A stretch of DNA of 64,000 bases from an uncultured virus (IMG/VR IMGVR_UViG_3300020207_002070) (Duplodnaviria > Heunggongvirae > Uroviricota > Caudoviricetes): the IMG/VR virus record IMGVR_UViG_3300020207_002070; one strand, 5' to 3'. Positions 48,901 to 57,247 of the stretch are shown one piece after another. How positions within the stretch are numbered: position 1 is the stretch's first letter; each line of letters starts with the position of its first letter. Under the pieces are notes generated by a model. The model saw nothing but the letters and a program-made list of their open reading frames with translations. It searched no databases and had not been told where the DNA came from. Position numbers and translations under genes: made by a program.

Positions 48901-51900
48901 TAGTAAACATTGCTAGGTGAATTACCTTCATCTAAACCGCCTACACTTGCATTTAAGTAAACTGGATCATCTACGCTAAGATGCTCATAGTTTCCAGTTA
49001 TAGTAACAATGTTTGTCGTTGCAGTTGTAGCAGTAATTGTAAATGGCTCAATGCTTGGTTTATAAACAGTTGCATTTTTAGTACCATTATTAAATCGTAA
49101 TATCTTAGCATACTGTCCTACACCTGAACCTGCTGTAATTTGTACATTCATTCCTGAATATGCATTACTTAGAGCAAAGTCAGTAGCAGCTAGTGTGATA
49201 TATGTTGGATCGCCGCCTTGCGCAACGTTTTGAGCAGTTACATAATCCTCACCGCCGATACCGTTGCCATCGTTTAAATCGATGATACGTGTTTCAACAA
49301 CAGCACTATCTCTAAATTCATCATCGTCTGCTGCTGCATTAAATCCTGTACCACTGATTGCAAATTCTGCATTGGTGTAATCTCTACCAGCGTTGCTGAA
49401 CTCAAATCCTAGAACTTCTTCTTCTCCGTCTGTTGCTACACTATATATTGTTGCTTCTTGTGATAAGTTATCAACTATTGCTGTAATTGGTTCTTCACCT
49501 GTGTCAGTACCTTCAGCAATAACACCATATGTACCATAAGATGAGTTACCATTTGTAGCACGAATACGTCCGCCAAAGTCTGCTAAGTAACCTGAATAGT
49601 TATAGTATGCGAACACAGAAACAAGTTCTGTTAATGAGTTGTTACCGCTACACCATACGCCAATACCATCACTTAGTACTTGTGTAAAGTCGTTTGAAAC
49701 AATAGATCTGTTACCGCCTGCGTGTAACGCACCGTCAATTTTACAACCAACACAACCAACACCAAATGTTGTTACGTTTTGTACATAACAAGATTTGTTA
49801 GTTACCCATGCTTCGGTATCATTTGGACCAAACCCTGGATCAAGTGATACATAAGAGCCTGCTGTTGGACGTCTTGTTCCAAAGTCATTAAGTTCTGTTA
49901 AGTTTCCACGTAGTCCATTAACTGTTTGGTTACGTACACCAGTTGCGTTTCTTACATGATACATATCTGATTTTTCAGAACCATTAACCGCATTTAAGTA
50001 TAGCTCACCTGCTTTCCAAACTTTGTGATTTCCTGGATATTGTAAATCGTATACAATAGCATCAATATAACGCTCCATGTCTCTACGGCATAGAGCAGGA
50101 TCATATGCATATCTAGCAACACTAGATCCAGAAGCTACATCAAGTACTAGAGGTTCGCCGCCTCTGGTATCAGAAATTTCAACACCTGTTGTATCTACAA
50201 TAGATGAAACATAATAAGTTTGTCCTGCTACTAGTTCGCCAAATGCATTTTCGTCAAACACAATAGGATCGTTAACTATTAAGTTGTGGGCACTAGTGAA
50301 TCTAATAGTTCCTGGAGAACCTTCAATGTCAGTTACAGTTCCACCATAACTTTGTGTGATCCAAGCTGTTGCCTCGTTTGCTAAGAAGTTTCTATTTGCT
50401 TTAAGTATATCAACAGCATTGATTGTTTCTGTATCACCGAAGTACGTAATAGTTCCATGAATTTCTGGAGTGTTTCCGTTACCTTTGTCTAGCATATTAA
50501 TAATAATATCCATTAACGAATTAGTACGCTTTTTAGCTAATGCACTACCGTCAATGTATGTAGCAATTACATTTTTTAGTTCTCTATAAGATTGTACAGT
50601 AGCATTCTTTTGCGCTCCTAAAACTAAGTCTGCTTGTGTACCTCTATAGTATGCCTGTGCAACAATTTGTGTTAAGTAGTTGGTGTTATTCATCATATCT
50701 CTACCAACTGCTTCTACAATATAACCTACATCTCTTTCACACTTAGCTACATCATAGTCAAGTGTTGGATACTTATCTGCAATAAATGATGTAATAGCTG
50801 CCTTAATTGAAGATAAAGAACCAGTTAAGTTTGTGAACTGCTGTTGTAATGTTCCAGAAACACCAGTAATGCTACCTGTTTGATAAATGTATGCAGTAGC
50901 AATTATATCGTTTTGATCATCTGCTTCATAAGTAGGTCCATTAAAGTATCCTGACAAAGTAAACGTTGTTGGATTAACAATGGACTTAACATAGTATGTT
51001 TCAAAGTCTTGGAACTCGTCTAAGAATTGGACAATGTCGCCTACACGTAAGTTGTGATTAACGTCACAAATAAACCCATTACTAGATATGCCAGTTACTG
51101 TAACACGAGGTCTTAATTGTTGATCGTTTATGCTATCATAAACTATTGTCATTAATTCTTCAACTTTAGCTAAAGATCCGGCATCACCTACTGGCTGAAG
51201 TGAATCTCTTATTACTGGTTCAACATATCCTTGTAATGGTCCTGGACTTACGGCACTGTTTACTGCTAATCCAGTAACAATTTGTTTTGCATAATCATAT
51301 GCAGCAAGTGTAGCAGTTTTCTCATCTTCGCTAATAACTAATTCATTATCACCGTTAATGTCTTTCTGATAGTAAAATTCTGCAAATTTTACTGATGCAT
51401 AATTACTGTTATAAGTTAAATCATATCTTAATGCATCAACTAACATTCCAACATCTCGTTCACACTTGGTTTGATTATATGTTAGTGATGGATACTCTTG
51501 ATTTAAAAACTCAATTACTTCAGCTGTTACATATGCTTTATTTTCCCAAATAATGCTTGCTGCTGCAACATCTGCTGTGTCAGCATCACTAGGTTCAACC
51601 CATTTAGCAACTGGAATTTTGCCGCCGTTAATGTAATTTGTTAAGTCTTCAATTAATAAGTTTACTGAAGCGTTTGCTGATACTGTTGCAACACGTCTTA
51701 CTTTTTGTGCCATAAACTCCATGCTACCAACAGTTGCATATAGTTCATTATTAACAACTTCTAAAGCAGATGCAATAAGTCTATAATAACTCATTCCAGC
51801 TTTTGTAGTTGCAAAGTTTGATCCGGTATATAAATCTCTAGCAAGTGCATCAACAATTAACCCTGCATCACGTCTGCAAGTATCTTGATTGTATTCTAGT

Positions 51901-54900
51901 TCTTGATGGAATTTTTCTACCCAAAACACAACATCTTCAACAATTTCATTTTTACGATTTAAAATTCTATTATACGCTGTTGTTGTTTCAATTTGCTGCC
52001 AACTATTTGCAATTTCGATAGCAGTGTTTGCTTCGCCGTTGTTAATATAGTCAAGTACATCTTGTACTCTATCTTCAGCAAATTCAATTGATGCTGCGTT
52101 ACCCGGAGTACCGCTTGTATCTTGTACTTCTGTTACACCTGGGCTAGTAGTTACAGTAGTTTCTGCAATGACTTCTGCAACAACAACTTTTAATCTTGCA
52201 TACGCTGCAAGAGTTGCTGGAAGTTCGTTTGCACTAATTGTTAGTACAAAGTTTGAATAGTATGCGCTACCTGCAATCTCTGACTGTGTATTACCGCCAT
52301 ATGTTAAATCATAACGTACTGCATCAAGTATATAACCTACATCACGGATGCAACGATCTTGTCCGTCAGCACTAATAGATCCCCATATAACATCGTAACC
52401 GTTATTAGAATCTTCTAACCAATGACGTATTTCATCTTGGATAAATGCATGGTTAGCAACAATTTGCGCTGCTGCATCACCGTATGTTGTAGTAACACCA
52501 GTTGTGTTTGATGCTGTAGCATAAGCAGTATCACTAAAGTCTACTGTATTGTAACCCGGTGCTGTTGGAAATACAGTTGGCGGTAATGCTGCTAAACCGT
52601 TTTGAACAATGGTGTTCATATCTTTAATTAGTTTGTATGCACGATCGCCATCTTTTCTAGTTCCAGGTTCGGATATAACTCCGATAGTAAGTTCTGTTAT
52701 TGCTGAATTTAAGAATCTAACAGTTGATAGTGTTTCTTGTAGTTGACTATTTAGAACTAGTTCTGTTGATACTGTACCTCTACGATATGCTATAGCATTT
52801 TGTACTGACAAGTAATTACTATCAAAAATTACGTCATAACCAATACCGTCGATCATATAACCAACATCTCTTTTGCAAAGATCTTTGTTATATGTTAAAG
52901 TAGGATACACAAAATCAATATAATCAACTAATGCATCTTGTATAACCGGAGTTCTTTCTGTTAACACATTTTTTAATTTTTCTAAAGCATTGTCAGTCCA
53001 AGCAGTTGAAGGCTTAATTAATGCTGGAGCTAATGCAGTGTCAGCAGTATTATAAATTTCTTGTGTTCTGTCTTGAGCAAATGTACCTGCACCAAGTGAA
53101 CCTGCTGTTCCATTAGTATCCTGTGTATCGGCATTACTTGTAGATTTTGTAATTGCATTACCTTGTGCAATATCTGAAATAATATCTATAAGTCTTTGCT
53201 GTGCATCAAGTGTTTCGGTTTTTTGACTTGCACCTCTTACAAATGCGCCGTCTAAATCATAAAATAATCTAGATTGAATAATAGTTGCTAAGTTACCTCT
53301 ATATGTTAAATCATATTTTACTGCTTCAATCTGTTCATCTAAATCTTCTAACCACTGTGCTTTTGAATCTGAGTCTAAACCTACCCAGAATGCACCATGG
53401 TTATCTGTCATATATGCATCTATTTCAGAAATGATAAAGTCTTTGTTAGCAGTAATAAGTCTACGTGCATTAAAGAATCCTGTATCATAGTTTGTTGGAT
53501 CAGTGTATGTATAACTAGTTGGAATTGAACCTGATCCGTTTTCTAAAATATCTATAATTAAGTTTGTACTTTCATCTACTTTTGCTGTTCTAGTTGAGTA
53601 ATACTTAATTCTATCTCTCGTATATTCAATTGTTCCTAGTGTTGGTTCTAGTTGACTATCAATTACAAGTTCTGCAGAACTAATTGCTCTACGATAAGAC
53701 ATGCCTGCTTTTAGTGAACGGAATGTACTTCCAAATAAAACATCATATTCTAAAGCGTCTACAATATAGCCAATGTCTCTTTCACACTTAGCTTGATCAT
53801 AATCTAGATCCGGATAATTTTCATTAACCCAGTTAGTTGCACCTGTTTGAATACTAGATTTTACATTAGTAAAATCTGTAACTATAGATTGTACAACAGT
53901 ATCAGTCCAGCTAGTATCTGGAAGTATCGGTGTTGGTAATGTACCGTCTGTGTCAATAGTATCATAAATTTCTTGAATACGTGCATCTGCAAATGTTTCT
54001 GCACCTGCACTACCTGCTGTTCCTGAAGTGTCTTGAGTTTCAGTATTTCCTGCTGTCGGAGTAATTGTTGTTTCAGTAATTACATCTCCGATAATTGATT
54101 TTAAATGTGCGTATGTAGCAAGCGTTTCTGCTTTTTTACCAGTACCGTAAACTGGGTTACCATTTACAAAATAACTTCTTGCTGCTACTGTAGTTTCTAA
54201 ATTACCGCCATAAGTTAAATCGTAACGTAGTGCATCGATAATATATTTTGTGTCTCTTTCACAGTTTGCAGTATCAAATGTAAATAATGCATCAAATGGT
54301 GCAATAGTATTATCAACTTGGAATTGAATCCAGGCTGTTTGTTCTGCTACTATGAAATCTCTGTTTGCTTCAAGTTGTGCAACAGCGTTTGCAAATCCCG
54401 CATCGCTTGCGTTGTTTGTACCGCTTGTAGGTGTTGGACCAACTTCTGGTAAGTCTGGTACAACTTGTAACCCATTTGCAAGTACATCAGTTATAACTTC
54501 AACGCCATTGTTTAGTCTGTTTGTTGAAGCTGTGTTTCCAGCATATCCGTTTACATACTGCTGATCTACGTTATTTCCAGTAGTCTTAGCAATCTCAACA
54601 TTTTGTAAAATGTCATCAGCTACGTCTTTAATTCTGTTTAATGCACTAGTTGTTTTGTTTACATCATTTGCTAATTCTGGTATTGCTGTTTGAGGTTGTA
54701 CAACACTTGTACGTAGTTCGTCTCCTACTACCGCAGTATATTCCGGAAGAATCATTGGAAGTACTTCGTTGTATGTACCTGTTTTAATAAACACTGTAGT
54801 ATTTGGAAGAATAGGTAATGCAATAGCAGTGTTAGAACCTGCAACAATACCGTTTACAACAATGTCTAATAATTCATTTGCTTTTGCTGCGCCAACTTCT

Positions 54901-57215
54901 TCAGCAGTTAAATTAAAGTCGATAACTTGCTGGGCTCTATCTTCTAACTCAATTCCAATTAATGACTGATAACTAACTGGAGATCTATTATTAAGAACTG
55001 TTGAAACAAACTCTTTTAATTTTGTATAAACCTCTTCGTTAATTTTTTTCTGTTCTTGAACTTCTTGAGAAACATAATTGTTACTTTCAACACTAAATGT
55101 GTAAGTATTTACATAATACAAGTTAGTTGCTGTTGTGGTTTTTAATGTGCCACCTCTTGAAATATCGTAGATTAGTCCGTCAATAATAGTAGCGCAATCT
55201 GCTTCTAGATTATCAAAGTTTACAGATGCGTTACCTTCCATAGTACCTGTATCATCTGTAAGTATTAATGATATACCACCTTGGGTGTCACTAATTCTAA
55301 ATTCTGTTGAACTTACAATAGCATCAACATAATATTGTGTTCCAGCTGTTACGCCGCCTAATGTTCCATCAAATACAATTGGTATGCCGTCACGTAATTT
55401 TTCTGTGCTATTACATGTAAAAGTACGTGTACCACTTGCAGAAGCAGTTATAGTAACTTTATAATTATTCTTTACCCATGCTGTAGATTCTTTAATTAAG
55501 AACTGTTTGTTATTTTTTAGAATATCTCTAGTTTGAGGGTTTAAATAACCTTCTCTAATTTGATCTAGTGCATAGCGTACACTTGCCCAAGGTTTGTCGA
55601 TTGTTAATCCAGATTCTGGTGCAGGCGTATCTGTACCTAAAGGACCAACATAAACAACATTATCAATTAGTCCATAGTTTGCCCAGTCTGGGAAACCATC
55701 TGTTGCACGAAGAATCTGACCATCAACACCGATTGGTAATCTTGTTGGACCGTTGTTACCAAAGTAAACTAAATCACCTTCTGCTTCGAGTGCTAGTGCT
55801 TCAGACCCGATTGTTAAGATATTCCAATAATCTGCAACTAGATCGTTATCTGGTCTGTTTGCAGTTTCTGATGTGTGTTTTTGTGTACAAATAAATGAAC
55901 TTGCACCATAAATTACAACATCTCCTACATGATAATCGTTAGCAGGTACCCAAGTAGATGAATAACCAGTATGTGTAACTGTGTCAATGACACCGCCTGT
56001 TTGTCCTGTTACTGTTACTATAATATCATTTGCTGGAGTAGTGCCGCCGACATCTGCACCTGAAATAGTTATAACATCATTGTCAGCATAACCTGTACCA
56101 GCATATCCTGTTGATATACTGACTGTGTAAACTGTATTTGACTTAACAACATCAAAACGTGCTCCTGAACCACTGCCTGATTCGTTAGTACCAGAAACTT
56201 GTGAGAAAGACTCAGTACTTCTTGTCCAGTTAATACCAGAGTTTAGTCTACTCCAGTAAGTATCGTTCGGTGGTTCAAAATCTAAACTATCTGCAATAGC
56301 TACATAGGTATTACCGCCAAGTCTTACTACATCACCAACTTTATAAGAATCTAATGAGCTCCAATCACCTTGGAATGCAAATCCTGATGTAAATACTTCC
56401 CAATCATCTGGGCTTGCAGTTGGCTGTGCATTTGTATTGTTTGTTTTAGCAACATATACATAGCCACCGTATGTAACTGTGTCTCCTATTTGATAGACTG
56501 TAGAATTATCCCAGCTATCTTCAAATTGGAAGCCTTCGATAAAGACATCCCAGTTTACTTCGTCTGAAATAAAATCATTTGAAACATGCGGTGCAGTACA
56601 AATGAAAACGTTTCCGCCGTATTTTACAACATCATTAACACGGTAACGAGTTGTAGTTACCCACTCGCCTAAATATACAAGTCCGTCGCTGAATAACGTC
56701 CATTTACCTTGATCGGCTTCTAAGCCTAATGCTACTGTGGCAGAAGAAACGTGAGCAGTGTTACATACATAAACATAACCGCCATATCTTACTAGGTCAT
56801 TAATTTTATAACGGGTATTTATTGTCCAATCACTTTTCCAATCAAAAGATGTAGCAAACGGTGTCCACTTATCTAAGTCTGCTTCAAGACCTAAATAATC
56901 AGGATCTGCAAATGTTGCTGATGTATGTCCTGTTTCAGCAATATAAACAATAGCACCATAACGTACAACGTCACCTGGTGCATATGTAAATTCTGGTTGC
57001 CAATCACCTTGCCAACTTGTACCATCTGATACAATATCCCATTTTGGAATTTCGTTATCAAAATCTGCTTGGAAATCTGTTGATGCAGTATGGTTTCTAA
57101 TACATATGTATGATTTACCGCCAAAACTTACAACATCGTCTGCGACATATGCTCGTTCTGCTGCCCAGTCACCCTGCCAAACAAATCTAATTCTACCTAG
57201 TTTAAACTCTGCCAT
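45993..57215 (-). CDS. Giant virion structural protein (3740 aa) with carbohydrate-binding-like repeats, beta-helix, phycobiliprotein-like helical repeats and propeller-like repeats
   Basis: Single ORF with SD GGAG and GATAAATA upstream. Contains W-x-G-x-W...Y..GDVV.YGG repeats, CxRD helical repeats, SxDGxxW repeats, and a C-terminal module shared with the upstream paralogue. Confidence 0.8.
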   Translation of the reverse strand: MAEFKLGRIRFVWQGDWAAERAYVADDVVSFGGKSYICIRNHTASTDFQADFDNEIPKWDIVSDGTSWQGDWQPEFTYAPGDVVRYGAIVYIAETGHTSATFADPDYLGLEADLDKWTPFATSFDWKSDWTINTRYKINDLVRYGGYVYVCNTAHVSSATVALGLEADQGKWTLFSDGLVYLGEWVTTTRYRVNDVVKYGGNVFICTAPHVSNDFISDEVNWDVFIEGFQFEDSWDNSTVYQIGDTVTYGGYVYVAKTNNTNAQPTASPDDWEVFTSGFAFQGDWSSLDSYKVGDVVRLGGNTYVAIADSLDFEPPNDTYWSRLNSGINWTRSTESFSQVSGTNESGSGSGARFDVVKSNTVYTVSISTGYAGTGYADNDVITISGADVGGTTPANDIIVTVTGQTGGVIDTVTHTGYSSTWVPANDYHVGDVVIYGASSFICTQKHTSETANRPDNDLVADYWNILTIGSEALALEAEGDLVYFGNNGPTRLPIGVDGQILRATDGFPDWANYGLIDNVVYVGPLGTDTPAPESGLTIDKPWASVRYALDQIREGYLNPQTRDILKNNKQFLIKESTAWVKNNYKVTITASASGTRTFTCNSTEKLRDGIPIVFDGTLGGVTAGTQYYVDAIVSSTEFRISDTQGGISLILTDDTGTMEGNASVNFDNLEADCATIIDGLIYDISRGGTLKTTTATNLYYVNTYTFSVESNNYVSQEVQEQKKINEEVYTKLKEFVSTVLNNRSPVSYQSLIGIELEDRAQQVIDFNLTAEEVGAAKANELLDIVVNGIVAGSNTAIALPILPNTTVFIKTGTYNEVLPMILPEYTAVVGDELRTSVVQPQTAIPELANDVNKTTSALNRIKDVADDILQNVEIAKTTGNNVDQQYVNGYAGNTASTNRLNNGVEVITDVLANGLQVVPDLPEVGPTPTSGTNNASDAGFANAVAQLEANRDFIVAEQTAWIQFQVDNTIAPFDALFTFDTANCERDTKYIIDALRYDLTYGGNLETTVAARSYFVNGNPVYGTGKKAETLATYAHLKSIIGDVITETTITPTAGNTETQDTSGTAGSAGAETFADARIQEIYDTIDTDGTLPTPILPDTSWTDTVVQSIVTDFTNVKSSIQTGATNWVNENYPDLDYDQAKCERDIGYIVDALEYDVLFGSTFRSLKAGMSYRRAISSAELVIDSQLEPTLGTIEYTRDRIKYYSTRTAKVDESTNLIIDILENGSGSIPTSYTYTDPTNYDTGFFNARRLITANKDFIISEIDAYMTDNHGAFWVGLDSDSKAQWLEDLDEQIEAVKYDLTYRGNLATIIQSRLFYDLDGAFVRGASQKTETLDAQQRLIDIISDIAQGNAITKSTSNADTQDTNGTAGSLGAGTFAQDRTQEIYNTADTALAPALIKPSTAWTDNALEKLKNVLTERTPVIQDALVDYIDFVYPTLTYNKDLCKRDVGYMIDGIGYDVIFDSNYLSVQNAIAYRRGTVSTELVLNSQLQETLSTVRFLNSAITELTIGVISEPGTRKDGDRAYKLIKDMNTIVQNGLAALPPTVFPTAPGYNTVDFSDTAYATASNTTGVTTTYGDAAAQIVANHAFIQDEIRHWLEDSNNGYDVIWGSISADGQDRCIRDVGYILDAVRYDLTYGGNTQSEIAGSAYYSNFVLTISANELPATLAAYARLKVVVAEVIAETTVTTSPGVTEVQDTSGTPGNAASIEFAEDRVQDVLDYINNGEANTAIEIANSWQQIETTTAYNRILNRKNEIVEDVVFWVEKFHQELEYNQDTCRRDAGLIVDALARDLYTGSNFATTKAGMSYYRLIASALEVVNNELYATVGSMEFMAQKVRRVATVSANASVNLLIEDLTNYINGGKIPVAKWVEPSDADTADVAAASIIWENKAYVTAEVIEFLNQEYPSLTYNQTKCERDVGMLVDALRYDLTYNSNYASVKFAEFYYQKDINGDNELVISEDEKTATLAAYDYAKQIVTGLAVNSAVSPGPLQGYVEPVIRDSLQPVGDAGSLAKVEELMTIVYDSINDQQLRPRVTVTGISSNGFICDVNHNLRVGDIVQFLDEFQDFETYYVKSIVNPTTFTLSGYFNGPTYEADDQNDIIATAYIYQTGSITGVSGTLQQQFTNLTGSLSSIKAAITSFIADKYPTLDYDVAKCERDVGYIVEAVGRDMMNNTNYLTQIVAQAYYRGTQADLVLGAQKNATVQSYRELKNVIATYIDGSALAKKRTNSLMDIIINMLDKGNGNTPEIHGTITYFGDTETINAVDILKANRNFLANEATAWITQSYGGTVTDIEGSPGTIRFTSAHNLIVNDPIVFDENAFGELVAGQTYYVSSIVDTTGVEISDTRGGEPLVLDVASGSSVARYAYDPALCRRDMERYIDAIVYDLQYPGNHKVWKAGELYLNAVNGSEKSDMYHVRNATGVRNQTVNGLRGNLTELNDFGTRRPTAGSYVSLDPGFGPNDTEAWVTNKSCYVQNVTTFGVGCVGCKIDGALHAGGNRSIVSNDFTQVLSDGIGVWCSGNNSLTELVSVFAYYNYSGYLADFGGRIRATNGNSSYGTYGVIAEGTDTGEEPITAIVDNLSQEATIYSVATDGEEEVLGFEFSNAGRDYTNAEFAISGTGFNAAADDDEFRDSAVVETRIIDLNDGNGIGGEDYVTAQNVAQGGDPTYITLAATDFALSNAYSGMNVQITAGSGVGQYAKILRFNNGTKNATVYKPSIEPFTITATTATTNIVTITGNYEHLSVDDPVYLNASVGGLDEGNSPSNVYYVITNNLDGTIQLSDSVGGAAATLITTTGQSVAMYTAGWDNVIPGKAAVAGLDLTTGYTIEPSVHYTEPGFTANNTTTADAIGFDRVDFAMGRYIALPNNGTQTDYSLDGKTWVQAGVLPATGNWSASAFGGGTGATATAVIGGLGGSGAILEAELGEINSIGLPGPTQIARVNVINGGTGFVTAPTIVFTPTAGGGGASAVATVKDGIIQEIIITSTGAGYSQAPTVTAETDKVTEIIVDTKGNNYLTAPTVTITGGGASVQAEVTATLDNRGVATITIDEDNDGILLRGSGYTSQPTVTITDEDARWVAIAPGSTNNAYLTQTDAPGAVWAAGSALPNSNFNDIAFGNGVWVVVGGTGGSGSAGTSTDGENWVSRDNTTPPAGTFVSVAYGGTTFVAINDNGYTSYSSNGITWTVGGALPGSSTNWMKVAYGNGRFVAIGSAGEQAISYDFGQNWSAGSTSLANISSSGWSDVQYGQGLFLASGPIGGTFATSQDGVIWTDRTTGDTAGFAAVAFGNPSNVPIWAAVTSSGSNGAKWIETGARPNGRTYVDTDSIVAFTLREPGSGFTQGSIVSTTAPNTIELNTVSNLFVGQPINFDGDGLAAIGIDSEVKYYISAIAGTDIEISLLDGGASFDIETVAPTAIGTATFAGSPKATIGDPNATIDVAVNSRIRNGALANPTFTNRGAGYTTATAELGGDGNADLYQPSTFIALRGLFELPEPGSNVEFDNIPGSYYKLVTISNVIGQPGSYTATFQISPGLVTLNAPKDGTRVVTTNKYSQVRLTGHDFLYIGTGNQAKTNYPFVDITTADINRQQLSSGGGRVFFTSTDQDGNFNVGGLFGVQQSTGTATLDADAFNLAGLQSLQLGGIAVGIGSAIITQFSTDPFFTENSDSIVPTQRAIKSYITAQIGGGQSSLNVNTLTAGVVFIANDEITTTSGGQLNIKAKMNFTGGIDGAPVALGYFLSR
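49980..55540 (-). repeat. About ten helical protein repeats of ~140-175 aa with C-x-R-D-x-x-x-(I/L/V)-(D/E)-A-x-x-(Y/R)-D
   Basis: Cys at residues 985, 1144, 1447, 1622, 1780, 1918, 2159 and 2376; degenerate copies near 670 and 1288. Confidence 0.85.
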
Positions 57216-57239
57216 TTTTTATATAACTCCGTGTTCTTA

Positions 57240-57247
57240 TATTTATC
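57240..57247 (-). promoter_or_regulatory. T4-type late promoter
   Basis: GATAAATA immediately after the upstream stop, followed by SD GGAG and the ATG at 57215. Confidence 0.7.

Noticed and set aside
45993..57215. Calling the phage a cyanophage because of the phycobiliprotein-like repeats
   Set aside because: No photosynthesis or bilin genes are in this window; the host cannot be assigned from this sequence.
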